DNA from: Lingula anatina
Taxonomy: Eukaryota > Animalia > Brachiopoda
Direction: 5' to 3'
NCBI GenBank assembly: GCA_051362555.1
Contig: CM120640.1
Coordinates: 5,084,001 to 5,148,000, forward strand
DNA length: 64,000 nucleotides
Each line of letters begins with the position of its first letter. Positions within the stretch are counted from its first letter, which is position 1. Positions 1 to 12,165 of the stretch are shown here, one piece after another. The notes under the pieces were generated by a model, which was given only the letters and a program-made list of their open reading frames with translations, did not search any database and was not told the DNA's origin. A program made the position numbers and the translations under genes.

Positions 1-103
1 CGTAACATTTGATGAAGTAACATATGACAGGACCAATAACGCTTTACAAAATGTAAATAAATGTTTAATAAAATTATATCCCATAATAAGAAATTAAACA
101 AAC

Positions 104-3100
104 CTGGTTCCAACTTGAAGATTTTCAGCATTCCTTGGTTTCTGCTTGTTGACTAGAACTGTTGTACTTTTCACATACTGGGATTTTGTTTCTTCCAGCA
201 GTTGAACAGCACTCTTACATCTACTTGGCACCATCATCATACCTGATTAAGAAGTCATTTAAGCCATTAACTGATATCACATAACTATAAGATAAATATG
301 AAAAGTAGAAACATTATATTGAATTCAGTAAGTATACATAAATAGACTGTATTTTAACTGTTGGAGATGTTCTCAACTTCTTCCAATCTGTGAAATGCAA
401 TTCTGACATCTGTTAGAACTGCATAGTTGCTTTAAATACTGTTACTTGATATTATGTTTGTCCCAAGTTTGTTGGTACTAAGAAATGTACTAGGCATTAA
501 AAACAGGCATCCATGTAGACTAAACAATTCTGATTATAAAGAAGTTTTAGTGCAATAAAAAGTATTAAGTATCAGGTATCAATTGTACCAAAAAATATAC
601 TAAATGCAATCAATGTTCAAGCCAAGTTTTATCATGCGATAAATACCAACTTCCTCATTCATTCTACAAAATTGTTTTCATTGTTCAATAAAACAATCTT
701 AAGGAGCTATATGAGGGGAATAAGCTTTCTTAAACCTCCCCATTTTCCTTTTCGAAAGCCTACATTCATTGCATCCTAAAATTTTAAATAATAAAATTCC
801 TCTTCAAAACTATATATTTGCACAAATTAAAAAGAAGAGAGGTGCGGCTGTAACTGTTCTCTTGGTTTAAGCCATGTGGAGGAAAAGGCCCCATAAAATG
901 TGTAATTGGATCTTGACATCATATAGTGGCAGACATCTTAAAGAATGTCAAAACAACAACAAGAATATTTGTGTTTGTTTTTTACATTAAGTCCCACATA
1001 TAAAAAATACTCAAATGCTAACATAACAGTAGTCAAATGCCAGATTACATGATGCTATTAGTATACCCAGGAACCAACTACAGCAGCTTGAATTCCTGAT
1101 TATAAAAACCAACATCTGTGCCTGTGTACTAAGAGCACTTAATGTGAATTTTATACTGCTTCACTCTGCTGGGTCTTTTCCTGTATTAAATATGATGAAA
1201 AAGATATCAGTCTTTGTAAAGAAGTCATCTGAGTTGCTGGTTGAAACCAGTGAACAGCGAAAATGGCAGCATTGTCAGCATTCTATCTGTGTTAATGTTC
1301 ACTCAACCACAAATGCTCCAATTCCATCAAAGCTTGTAAGAATGTTATCATTTGTCATTGACAATCTATCCCATTACTAGACCTTGTCTTGAATTCAAAG
1401 ATGTTTTCAAACCACAAGTCTGTTTGTTCCCAAAATATATATAAAGCTAAGTAGCTATGACAAAATATATGTCTAGTTTCTTTTGCAGTCAGAAATGTTC
1501 CCAAGTTGTCTGAGTGCCTCCTAGTATTAAGTCTCTGACATAACTTCAGGTCTCTAAGACTGGGTTCCCACAGATTTAGATCAATCCATCTAGACTGACC
1601 CAACTCCCTGGGGGTTCACGCTAAATTGCTGTCAGCCGAGTTTGCACGAAAGTTAATTACCCCCTTACAGCATTTAGTAGGCGGGACAGACATTTAAGCC
1701 AGCTAAGCTGACAGCAATCTAGTGAGACTCCCCTCAGGGATAGATCGATCTAAAAATCTGTGGGAATGCAGTCTACGGTGTTAAAAATATTGGGAGCCCT
1801 TTTCCAGAGAATACAGAGGTTCTATGATATGTTCCTGATTTAAATAACCTTAACATTGTGTCATAAAATTATGCAATATAAAATGATCATGATAATGATA
1901 TTTCGTAAAAATAAATAAAAATATAAAATGAAGCACTCAGGAAATACTTGGTCAGGTTGTGGGTAGTTGTCACGTATAATGAATGTTGACTGTGATAAAT
2001 GACAGACATTTCAATGACATAAGCTGTGACATAGTTGCTTTTATCATAATTATGTTAGTCCTTATAATTCAGGAAAGTAAATTCTTGATTGCAAGGCCTG
2101 GACCAGTTAACCAAGAGATTACATCTACAAACTTATAAGTGAATTGCAATCAACTTTGTGCTTCCTGAATTAAGGCCTAAAACCCTTAACCTACAACTAT
2201 ATTCTCAGTCCAGATGGTACTCTTATGAAATTTCTCAAATTTCTCCAGGGAAATAAGTCCTAGGAATATTCACGCTTATCCAGCATCACTCATCTAATCT
2301 TCTAGGGCACTTGTGAGCATCAATTTTTGTACTACACAATCTAATTAAACTTGCATCAAGCTGTCAAAATGACCAAGGCTAAATTGCCAACAGTTCAAAT
2401 AAGTGCTTTTGAAATCAATAGATTATCAAAGCCCTCTGAATTTCCAGCAGACAGCTAAATGTATAACTTTTGAAAATTTCAATTACTAGTACTATTGCCA
2501 AGAATGTAATTTTCAATGAAAAAAGGTTTGATAATTATACATTCAATTTGCATGCACACAATATCAAAGGTTCTTCAAACTAAATAAAAGTAGAACTCAT
2601 AAAATTTCTTTTCAGACTAATATTTTATAAATACTCTACTTCTTCAATTATATAAGTAGGTGAAACTTACATATATCTATGGTACAAGAGTCCCTGCCAA
2701 CATGACCAACTATACCAGGCATAACCTTACCTGATATAAACAGTATATCAATGACTCACAAACTAGGCTATGACCGTGATGTGATCCCTGACTGGAATAC
2801 CTAATTAATGACATGATGCCATCCCCCCATCCCCCCTGTGAGCAGCTGCACACTCCATTAACTTAACTGCAGTATGTAATCATCCTTTTGGAATAATTTT
2901 AAAGACTAGTCATATTTCTGACAATAACAGCTGTGGGTTTATGAAATCCCTTGTAGCATTAATATATCAGCCAAACTGTTATTAGCTTTCACTTAACATG
3001 CACTCATTTGTTACTAGCCTTCTTCACAAAGCTGGTAATTTTCATTTAATGAGAACTGTTGTCCTTCACAATGTGGCACAGCATTATAGTAATTAGTAAG

Positions 3101-5161
3101 CAGCATGAAGTGCCATAAAACTGAGCAACCCATATATCACTGATAACTTCGTTACTTTCTAGGGCAAGGGTACTTACCTACAAGTTAAAAATATGATAAC
3201 ACCCATAATTCCATTATTTGACTGGTTCACAACATCTATTTTGACTGCATTTATAATAATCAACTTGAACTTTATCCCACTATGCATTATCTCTAGATAT
3301 GACACATGAACTTGCCTTAACCAGGCAGAGTTAAATGCAGGACACACCTGACGGCCTTAATAACACACATGAGACAATGACAAGTTAACGAGCTGTATAC
3401 CTATAAAAAGTTGTGCTTCCAGTCATTTTGGACCCCCTTTACATGGACACTGATCTGCCGATCCAATCCCTCTTTTGCCCTGGGGCCTGCTTCATTTAAG
3501 TATATCAGCCCAGAAACTGGTTTTAATTTTTAGACCAAAAATTTGGTCTACTTCAGTTTAATATAAATCCATTGTAGTCCACTAATTAAATAAACGAAGT
3601 ATTAGCAGATGGGAGCAGTGTCTTTCTTGTTATAATACAGGATTAATTTTACCTTAACTAGACAAGTTGTTTATTCATCTTGGGTCAAAATCCACAAAAA
3701 ATCTGGTCAAAAAGGTAAGACCAATTTTGGGGATCTAGTTTTTTTGTGAAAATGTCCCCTGTCCTCACCACTGAAGATTATTTAGTCTCATACCTTTTTT
3801 GTACTTACATGTATGACTCCCTCTAGTGGTATAATCTTTATCTAATCTTAATTAGACAAAAGGTCAATGTGACTGGAAACAGGACTTGATGGAGCTTTCA
3901 TTGGAAGGACCAAAATAAATGCTACACTGTACTATTATTGAATCCATTAAATAAGTGATAGCAAATCTCATGCTGGTCAGAATATATTACAGTACTACTG
4001 TTAACCATCAATACTTATTTGCATTTGTTGTTCATAATAAACACTAATTGTCATGGTAATTAATCATGCTTAGAACAGAAAAAAACGTGTAGTGTTTTTA
4101 TTCTTTTTGATAAAAAAAGGAGTAAGAAATATTTAATTTTTCTTTTTTAAACTTGAAAACAAAATATAGAAATAAAACACAACTATAATTCATTTGAAGA
4201 AAAATTAAAATAAATATTAAATAAAAATTCATAAAAAACAAAATCACCCGTCATAGGGTGCATTACATGACATCTCTGTGGCTATTATTCAAATGCTTTC
4301 TTCAATCCAATTACATTACCTCATGCTCAGCTGGCTGAACCTATCAAAACTACAGCTGCATGTTCGTGCTAGACAGTGAGGTATTAGCCCCCCAAACTTG
4401 TTCAGCATTTTTAGCAAAAGAAAGAAACATTTGCATATGCCAGATCTTATAAACCATAATATACACATTATCCATTTTTGACAACCACAAGAACCATTGT
4501 AACACATTCTACTAAGATTCTAGATATAAATCATAAGTAGTTACAGTGTATGTAAGGAAGTTCAATATTTGCCACATACTGAAGATTATTTTTTGCAACA
4601 AATAATAATAATAGATAATAATGCTAATTACATAAGTTGAATATTTGATTGTATCTTTCTCATTTTTTTTAATTCATAGAAAACAGTTATTTAAAATAAA
4701 TTAATATGTTCCCAGCAATAGTGACACAGCTTTCATTTTCTCATAGAAGAGGATGACTCAGTGATGGTGGTCCCTTGTACCAGAGTGAGACTGATATTGC
4801 ACAGCACAATACATTGATCCACAGATTAGATGTGCCTTGTGCAATACTACAGGGTCAGGGGTGGAGATCAAATTAATACAAATCCCACCCATACTAAACA
4901 AATGCACATTACATCATGGCGAATTCAATGGCGTATTTACATGTATTTCAAACACCTCTCACAGATTAGTCACCATTTAAATGGATGTACCAATACCTTT
5001 TAACTTTTACACTTTACTATAAATTATTAAAATAACTGTGATATTAATCTGTTTTTACCTGATGATCTTTTCATCACTCGCTCCCTGAAGTAATCTGGTC
5101 CCTTGTTAAGAATTTTCAGGGGTGTTCCCTTGCTATAACTGTTGCCACTGGCTGGTTTCAT
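104..5161 (-). CDS. FAM110: FAM110 family protein, 5' coding exons (5059-5161 and 104-242); gene continues beyond the left edge
   Basis: Exon 5161-5059 encodes MKPASGNSYSKGTPLKILNKGPDYFRERVMKRSS. It splices in phase 1 to exon 242-104, GMMMVPSRCKSAVQLLEETKSQYVKSTTVLVNKQKP. Together these match the FAM110 N-terminal signature (PLRILNKGPDYFR...SAVERLEADKAKYVKS...KQEP). The start ATG is uncertain, and there are probable 5' UTR exons near 5940 and 7373-7560. Confidence 0.85.
1558..1773 (+). mobile_element. MITE family A copy 1 (Harbinger/Tourist-like, non-autonomous)
   Basis: Imperfect TIRs GACTGGGTTCCCACAGATTTAGATC / GATCTAAAAATCTGTGGGAATGCAGTC, flanked by TAA and TAC. The internal sequence is shared with copies at 7800, 8017, 17531 and 31622. 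Confidence 0.8.
3483..3758. mobile_element. Degenerate MITE-like element with CTG flanks
   Basis: CTG|GGGCCTGCTTCA ... TGAAAATGTCCC|CTG: short imperfect TIRs with an identical 3-bp flank on each side. Confidence 0.35.
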
Positions 5162-7728
5162 GCTGTCAGTTCTCTTCTCTTTAACTCCTACAGTACTTAG
5201 TGGCACAAGCAGGAGGACCAATGACAAAAACTCAATTCATAAATTGCTCTTCAGTGTGTTTCAGGTGTTAGACGGGAGAAACTCTCTTTAAAATAGTCAT
5301 TTTCATATGATGGCTCTCAGAGAAGTGGTTTGGACCAGTTTCAATATCATTCACAACTGCGGTGTGGGGGAGGAAATTCCACCACTCAACAAAGTCTATT
5401 TGCAGATGTCTTTTATCACTGTGTCAACACAACAATCATTCCTGTGCTTGGGGGTACAATTCAATTTATCCCATACACAGCCATTGAATTGTGAAAAAAA
5501 TATTCATGACACTTATAAAGTCCATCAGGCTCCTATCTAATCAGCCGTTTGCTATATACCCAGTAGTTCCACTTTCACAAGCACCTGGTAAATCCATCTG
5601 TGATGAGTGTTTGACTTTGATCACTTCAAAGAAAGTGCATCCTCATCCCGGCTATATCAGCTCAGAGACATTCTGTGCGTCTACATCACATACCAGTTAT
5701 TACTGTATAATCTCCCACACACCCTCATCTAATCTTCTCTACGAGCTTACCACCCCAAATAATCTCAGCCCTCCTTTGATTCATTCACAACAAGGCATGA
5801 CAGCCACAAGATCTTTGTTCTCTGACTGCTTCATTTCCTATACATTACATAGCTAAGTGTGACCTCTTTGCCATTCAGAAGCACTGCTCACAGCTTCATG
5901 CATACAAAAAGGCCAATGTCATGTGGACTAGTTGTTGGCCCTGTAAAGTAACATAAAAGGTAATATTATGACTAGGTTTCCATTCATACCTAGCGAGACA
6001 GTGTAAAGAGGAAAATAACACCTTTGTTGAAGTATGCTAATAATCCCTCCTTCCTGTTGACATTACAGTCAGAACTAATACACTGTGATATCAATTCTAA
6101 TGTCTGACTTTTGGAAGACCTGGGTGACTATGCATTATTATACAATAGGGGCTTATTTTTAGCACTCAGGGTTGCTTTAAACTGGTAAACTTAATCAATA
6201 ATATACATTCAAACTTGATTCTTTGAAGAAAGATTTACATTGAAGAAATTAACTGTTCATTTCTGCATAGTTTTCCTCTTTTTAATACACTGTACTATAA
6301 ATTGCTTACCTTTTACATATTTCTTGAAATATCAGCCAACCTTTTTTACAGACTCAAATTGAAAGCAAGTTGTAAAGTCCTAGCTGACCCATCCCATAAT
6401 TAATCAATTAGATCAATTACTAGTAAGCTAGCTGTTCAACACCATGTATTATATAAAAGATTATTGATTGAATTACAAAGAAAACACCACGAAGTCAAAT
6501 ATTATGAAAGTGCAAGGTGGATGTACCAGTGTAGGGTGCCAAAGTCACCAATTAATTATTGAAGGCACTTTTTGTATAAGTATGCATCACACAAAGCAAA
6601 GAATGGATGCATATTGCTGACGTTGGGGTACATTATAAATTCTTGGACTTTTCTTTAACTCTGCTGATGTACCTGTACAGTAACTGTCTCTCAAAGATAT
6701 CAGTGGAGGGGAATTGAACTGAAAGGGTGGACCAATCCAGTCACTAATCGTGACTAGACCTAAAACGGCCTATTAGTACTGGCGGCGAAGGAGGCATTAA
6801 TCACATGTATAAATGGTGCGGACAATGCTGCTCATATCTTGGCAGTCGTACATGTCAGCCGACTAGTGGATAGGTACCTCACCTGGCGCGGTCCGTCTAG
6901 CACGGTTTTCGCAATGAAATACCGCCTCCACTTGAGTCTGTTCAGAATGTTGTGCTTGTAAAGAACATCCGTTACTTTTGTTGAGCAGAAATGGCACGGT
7001 GAAAAAGCTGAACAAAACTAGCCCCTAAAAATTATTCGTACTTGTACACCAAATCATTTTGTAAACTTTTAAATAGTGTATTTGAAAAAGGCAACTTTTT
7101 ATACGAATTATTGTTTTCATGAAAGCCAGGTTGTATTCAGCACATAAATTGTCAAATTGGATCCGTTAATTTTGACGAAATAAAGAAAAGAGATAAAAAA
7201 AGACACAAAAGTTAATTTTGTCAATAAATACGAAACTATTAATATTGATTTAATTCTGTAAAACCATCGCTAATGTAACTTAAAGGAAACTTATGGAATA
7301 ATGTGTCAGTTAAAAATAGTTTCTTTTATTGAATTAAAATTTTTTTCTCAAATAATAGAACGCTGCACGTACCTCTTGTAGCATTTGTGGAGTCAGTGTC
7401 TGGTCGATCTGTCCAGCATGAGTGATATAAGCAGAGGAAGTCGCCAAAATGCGAGATAAATGAATCCTAAACACGCATCACATCCGCCAAACCAGCCACC
7501 ACGGTAAGTGCTGCATGCGTGTGAACAAGGAGTTCCTTGGTGTGACTAATCGCACGACTTAAACTGTATAAGTTTGTGTTCACTTAGGGCAGTCGTGGAA
7601 AGGTCGCTGTGCATCTTTAACAAATAAAAAAAAAACAGGCCCGTTCATTACGTATATGACCAGTATATCCTGCTTATGATGCTTATGACATTCTTTTTGT
7701 CAATAGGTCTAATCAAAATCGTTTATGT

Positions 7729-7732
<4 letters not shown>

Positions 7733-7759
<27 letters not shown>

Positions 7760-7762
7760 AAA
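7733..7762. repeat. (AAAT)n microsatellite
   Basis: Direct reading. Confidence 0.9.
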
Positions 7763-7799
7763 AATCCGGCCTCGTCGTCGTCGTCGCCGTGCACTTTTA

Positions 7800-8013
7800 C
7801 ACCCCATTTCCATAGATTAGATCGACCTACTTTAGATCGACCTAACTCCCTGGGGGTTCACGCTAAATAGCTGTGAGCCGGGCGGACACGAAAGTTAATT
7901 ACCACTTGCAGCTTGTAGTAGGCGGGGACGGACACTTAAGGGGGATTATCTGACAGTAATCTGGTGAGACTCCCCGCGGTGATAGATCGATCTAAAGTTG
8001 TGGGAATAGACCC
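7800..8013 (+). mobile_element. MITE family A copy 2
   Basis: TTA|CACCCCATTTCCATAGATTAGATCG ... GATCTAAAGTTGTGGGAATAGACCC|TTA. Confidence 0.85.
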
Positions 8014-8016
8014 TTA

Positions 8017-8231
8017 GACCCCATTTCCAGAGATTAGATCGATCTACTTTAGATCGACCTAACTCCCTGGGGGTTCACGCTAAATAGCTGTCAGCCGAGC
8101 GGACACGAAAGTTAATTACCCCCTTACAGCTTGTAGTAGGCGGGACGGACATTTAAGCCGGATTATCTGAAGGTAATCTAGTGAGACTCCCCGCGGGGAT
8201 AGATCGATCTAAAATCTCTGGGAAAGCACCC
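8017..8231 (+). mobile_element. MITE family A copy 3, in tandem with copy 2
   Basis: TTA|GACCCCATTTCCAGAGATTAGATCG ... GATCTAAAATCTCTGGGAAAGCACCC|TTA. It shares a single TTA (8014-8016) with copy 2. Confidence 0.85.
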
Positions 8232-8259
8232 TTAGTGTTATCCAAATAAAATTAAAACA

Positions 8260-8555
8260 ATTTTACCTTTTGTCTTCAAACTTAAATGATGAATATTCAT
8301 AAAGCACAGGTCAAGTTTGAAAATCAGGCTTTTTTTAAGCATATTTTATGCATCGTTATACAAATGAAATGAAAACCGTTTTATCTTTTGTCTTCAAACT
8401 TACAGAACTGATGAATCTTCATGAAATATAGATCAATTTCGAAAATGAGCCTGTTCAGACCATTTTTTGACATATCATATTTTATCCAGCATTATACAAT
8501 GAAAACCATATTATATTTTGCTTTGAAACTCGCAGGACTGATTCGAAAATTAGTT
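8260..8555. repeat. About 2.5 degenerate tandem units of ~120 bp, possibly the core repeats of a Helentron/HINE-like element
   Basis: TTTTGTCTTCAAACTT...TGATGAAT.TTCAT..A..AG.TCAA.TT.GAAAAT recurs at ~8267, ~8386 and ~8517. A (CGT)n microsatellite at 7772-7788 lies just before the MITE dimer. Confidence 0.45.
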
Positions 8556-9603
8556 TGATCAGTTTATTTCTGTTGAAGTTTGAGTAATGTCCCAGACAGC
8601 CTCAGTGATCTGGCCCACGTCTGGCCCAGATCTGGCAACGTCTGGCAATGTCTGGCAAAAGGTATGGCCCACGTATGGCTTGCCACATGTGGGCCAGATG
8701 TGGCAATGTTTGGGCCAGATCTGGCCCAGACATTGCCACATCTGGCCCAGTCCACATTTGCTCATATGGCCAGATGTCGGCCCAGATCTGGCAATATCTG
8801 GCAAATGTATGGCATGCCAGATGTGGGCCAGATGTGGACCAGATCATATTCAAATGGGCCAGATTAGGGCCAGACATGGACCACATATGGCCCAGAATGT
8901 TTTTTTTTCTTTTTTTAAAATTATTTTTAATTATTCAATAAGATTACTATAAAAAAGACATACAAGATTCAAGATTCAAGTATTTATTCTGTGCTAAAAC
9001 CCTAAACAAAATTATTACACATTATATAACCTTGCTGGCAACTAACATGTAACAAATTAAGGGTCACTCCTTGTCTTTTTGTACAAAACAATGTATATTT
9101 GAAAAAAAAAAACTACACTGCAAAAAGGTAAATATATAGACACTTAACAGGAGGAAATGTAACTTACATACATGTAAAGAAAACAGTTATAACAACAATT
9201 TTTTTTCAACACAAAGCTGCTCATCGAATCTGAATTAACACAAATTACAAAAATTGTAATTAATTATGCATGTACATGGGGGAGGGGTTTGAGGGGGAAA
9301 TATTTTTGCACACATTGTCATTTTTAAACTAATTCAAACATATCATTAATAATAATAATCACTAATGAATATAGTTTTGTAATGAATAAATCTTGAATAA
9401 TGAATGAAAAAACATTGTTTTTTTAGATGATGGTGAGTTATAACAAAATTATTAATAACCATGCAGTAACTGTAATTCAACTTGCATGCTGGCTACAGTA
9501 CTGTACATACATGTTAATTCTGAAAAAAAAAATTTGTATACTCCAGCACAGATATAGATGTACAATTAAAAGAGAATTACATGTGCACAAAAACAAACCC
9601 CAG

Positions 9604-10645
9604 TATCAATGCTTTTGAATTAAATCACATCATGAATCAAATCACTCAATGAATTGAACCAGTTTGCAATGTTTGCGCTTTTTTCAAATCCATAACACTA
9701 AGAAATGATACATCCGGCTCCTTGACAAGCTTATAATTATTAATGGAATCAACAATATGGAACAAGTAACTCTACCAAGTTAACAACAGTTCATTCAAAT
9801 GTCAAGTCAAAACACAACATCCCTTCCTTTCTTGGACAGAAACGGTCCTTTCAAAACATGTTTATTGACAGTTCAGTCTTTAAAATGTCCTTTCAAACAT
9901 TTGCAGAATAGCATATGAACTCCAACTTTTATTCCTTAAACCACACTGAAAATTCTCAAAACTTATCAACTCATATCAAATCCCATGTCCTTTCACTACT
10001 ACTGGTCTCTTCCTTTACGTCACATTCAAATGTATGATGTTCCCTTCACTTTTAAAGGTTTCTCAGACGTGTATGAATAATACTGTTTGTTTTCTAGTCC
10101 TCCACAAGAGCCACATTTATTTTTCTTGGATTTCAGCATTCTCCATGTATTTTCATCAATGATATTACAATATGCACCTGAATCTGGTAATACACTGAGA
10201 TTAACACCGCCTCTATTTCCTCCATGTCTTCTGTGTATATTGCATTGGTTCCCACACCAAATGTATATGCACTCCTGGATTATCATGTTCAAAACTGTCT
10301 AGCCATCGCGTCGAGCGTGACTTCTGTACAGTTCGAATTCCGTAATTTCACATTTTTCCTCCATTTTTTCAAAGAAAGTTGGCTCACAGTTTTGCACTAG
10401 TGTTAATCCTCGTCGCCAGTGTTGATGCCTTCGAAATAAATCGCATCACGAATCAAATCACTCAACGAATTGTATCAGTTTGATACGCTTGTGCTTTTTT
10501 CATATCCATAACTCTAAGAAACGCTACATCCGGGTCATTGACCGGCTTAGCATAAAAAGCGGAATCTTACAACAGCGGAACGAGTAGTTCAAAAAAGTTT
10601 TAGAACAGTGAATTCATTCAAATGTCAAGTCAAATTAAACAAATA
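9604..10645 (-). mobile_element. Internally deleted Ty3/Gypsy-type LTR retroelement (TRIM-like relic)
   Basis: Diverged direct repeats of ~220 bp at 9604-9819 and 10420-~10645. On the minus strand, PBS-like TGGCGACGAGGATTAA follows the 5' LTR, and PPT AAGAAAGGAAGGGA immediately precedes the TGTTG start of the 3' LTR. Confidence 0.8.
10026..10230 (-). pseudogene. Retropepsin (retroelement aspartic protease) remnant
   Basis: GGVNLSVLPDSGAYCNIIDENTWRML...YSYTSEKPLKVKG carries the D(S/T)GA active-site motif in Gypsy-like context and lies between the two LTRs. Confidence 0.75.
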
Positions 10646-11354
10646 GCACACTTATGAGGGGACTTTGAAGAAAAGAGAGAGAGATAAATTAAATCAAAAT
10701 TTATCAAATGACGTCAGTTCAATGCATTCAGCTCACTGGTCAATAAAAAATAAATAAATAGAAAATAAAAATTGAAAATGAAAGTACCATATCTGGCCCA
10801 AGTCTGGGCAGCATCTGGCAAAATGTGGCATAAATGCCAGACTTTGCCAGACTTGGCCCAGATCTGGCAAGTGTCTGGCAAAATGTGGCATAAATGCCAG
10901 ACTTTGCCAGACTTGGCCCAGATCTGGCAAGTGTCTGGCAAAATCTGGCCCAGACATTGCCAGACGTTGCCAGATCTGGGCCAGACGTGGGCCAGATCAC
11001 TGAGGCTGTCTGGGGTATTTTGTGCATCCTTATTTTCTGCTTTTTGTCTGTACATTTCACAGCCTTGCTGCCTCGTTTTGGATTTTTTTAAACATCATGC
11101 ACTGGGCATATCGACCGCATTTGTGTTCATGGTTGCATTTCTCGCATTATATTATAAACGTTCAAAAGGGGGTTCATTGGCCGAATAGAATTAATGTCAT
11201 GAAGTTTGCAAGACAACTTTATTCGCACTCCTGGGTCTCCCCGATTCTATCTAAGTCAGCAATCATTCATAATTGTCTTATTCTCTAATAACAGTATTGA
11301 ATATGGCCTTTCCTCATGTAAAATGGCTAACGTCGCGCACCCTTTCTTGTTATC

Positions 11355-11850
11355 CAATTAATGATATTACTTGCTTAGCCTCACGTTATATATATGGCCA
11401 CGCGATAAAAGGAGCGACCGCTTTCTTTACAAAATTTTCTTTCTTAGTTTCTCAAATTTCAAAATTCCGACGTGCCCAATTTACTGTTAATGTTGCCAAA
11501 GCAAAGGAAGACGCTGTTATACCATATAACGTTTCAAGATTCTGTGATTGTTTATTCTCGTTTATACCTTCTTGGTTTGAAAAGATAAGGGATTTGGGCT
11601 GATTCCAATAATGATATTACTTGCTTAGCCTCACGTTATATATATGGCCACGCGACAAAAGGAGCGACCGCTTTGTTTACAAAATTTTCTTTCTTAGTTT
11701 CTCAAATTTCAAAATTCCGATGTGCCCAATTTACTGTCAATGTTGCCAAAGCAAAGGAAGACGCTGTTATACCCATATAACGTTTCAGGATTCTGTGATC
11801 GTTTATTCTCGTTTACCTTCTTGGTTTGAAAAGATAAGTTATTTGGGCTG
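11355..11850. repeat. Tandem duplication, two copies of ~250 bp
   Basis: ATGATATTACTTGCTTAGCCTCACG starts at 11361 and 11611; the copies are near-identical throughout. Confidence 0.92.
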
Positions 11851-11894
11851 AAACCTATCACTCTGGTGGCTTTATTCTCAGTCAGTAGTGGTAT

Positions 11895-12165
11895 CAGGTT
11901 GGATTTAGGGGGGGGGGGGTCAAGGGGGGGTTGACCCCCCTTCGATTTCTAAAATATTCTTGGAATTAGAATTTGACTAGCTGAACCATAGCTCTAAACC
12001 GTACCATATGGCACCGTTCGCCTTCTGAAATACCCAATTTTTAAAGGGCCCTATAGCGGGACCCTAAGCCTACACCAGGTGAAGGGCGAGGGTTGGCTTT
12101 GCATCCGCTGCCTGTCATTCCTAAAAATCGGACCTCCCCTTCAAATAATCCCGGATCCGCCCCTA
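11895..12165. mobile_element. Degenerate GC-terminal MITE-like repeat
   Basis: CAGGTTGGATTTAGGGGG... at the left end and ...CCCGGATCCGCCCCT at the right end resemble CAGGGGCGGATC-type termini. A similar end (TAAATCTGCCACTG) occurs at ~54277-54290. Confidence 0.4.

Larger units (their letters stand above)
8591..11014. mobile_element. Non-autonomous DNA transposon with long inverted termini and subterminal minisatellite (CMC/EnSpm-like)
   Basis: The left end CCCAGACAGCCTCAGTGATCTGGCCCACGTCTGGCCCAGATCTGGCAACGTCTGGCAATGTCTGG has an exact reverse complement at ~10950-11014. Both ends are flanked by GT (possible 2-bp TSD). Arrays of 10-11 bp TCTGGCCCAGA/TCTGGCA units lie at 8607-8897 and 10788-11000. 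No transposase is present. Confidence 0.8.

Noticed and set aside
2058-2178. Imperfect inverted repeat
   Set aside because: Probably a decayed MITE, but the ends and TSD could not be defined.
3816-3829. CTCF-like motif CCACTAGAGGGAGT on the minus strand
   Set aside because: A single imperfect match that cannot be distinguished from chance.
5307-5856. Plus-strand ORFs of 77 and 121 aa
   Set aside because: No recognisable motif; antisense to the presumed FAM110 leader region.
8559-11188. Many overlapping ORFs with WARSGP/LPDLGQ repeats; superficially CRISPR-like periodicity
   Set aside because: By-products of a stop-poor palindromic minisatellite. There are no unique spacers and no cas genes, and the context is eukaryotic.
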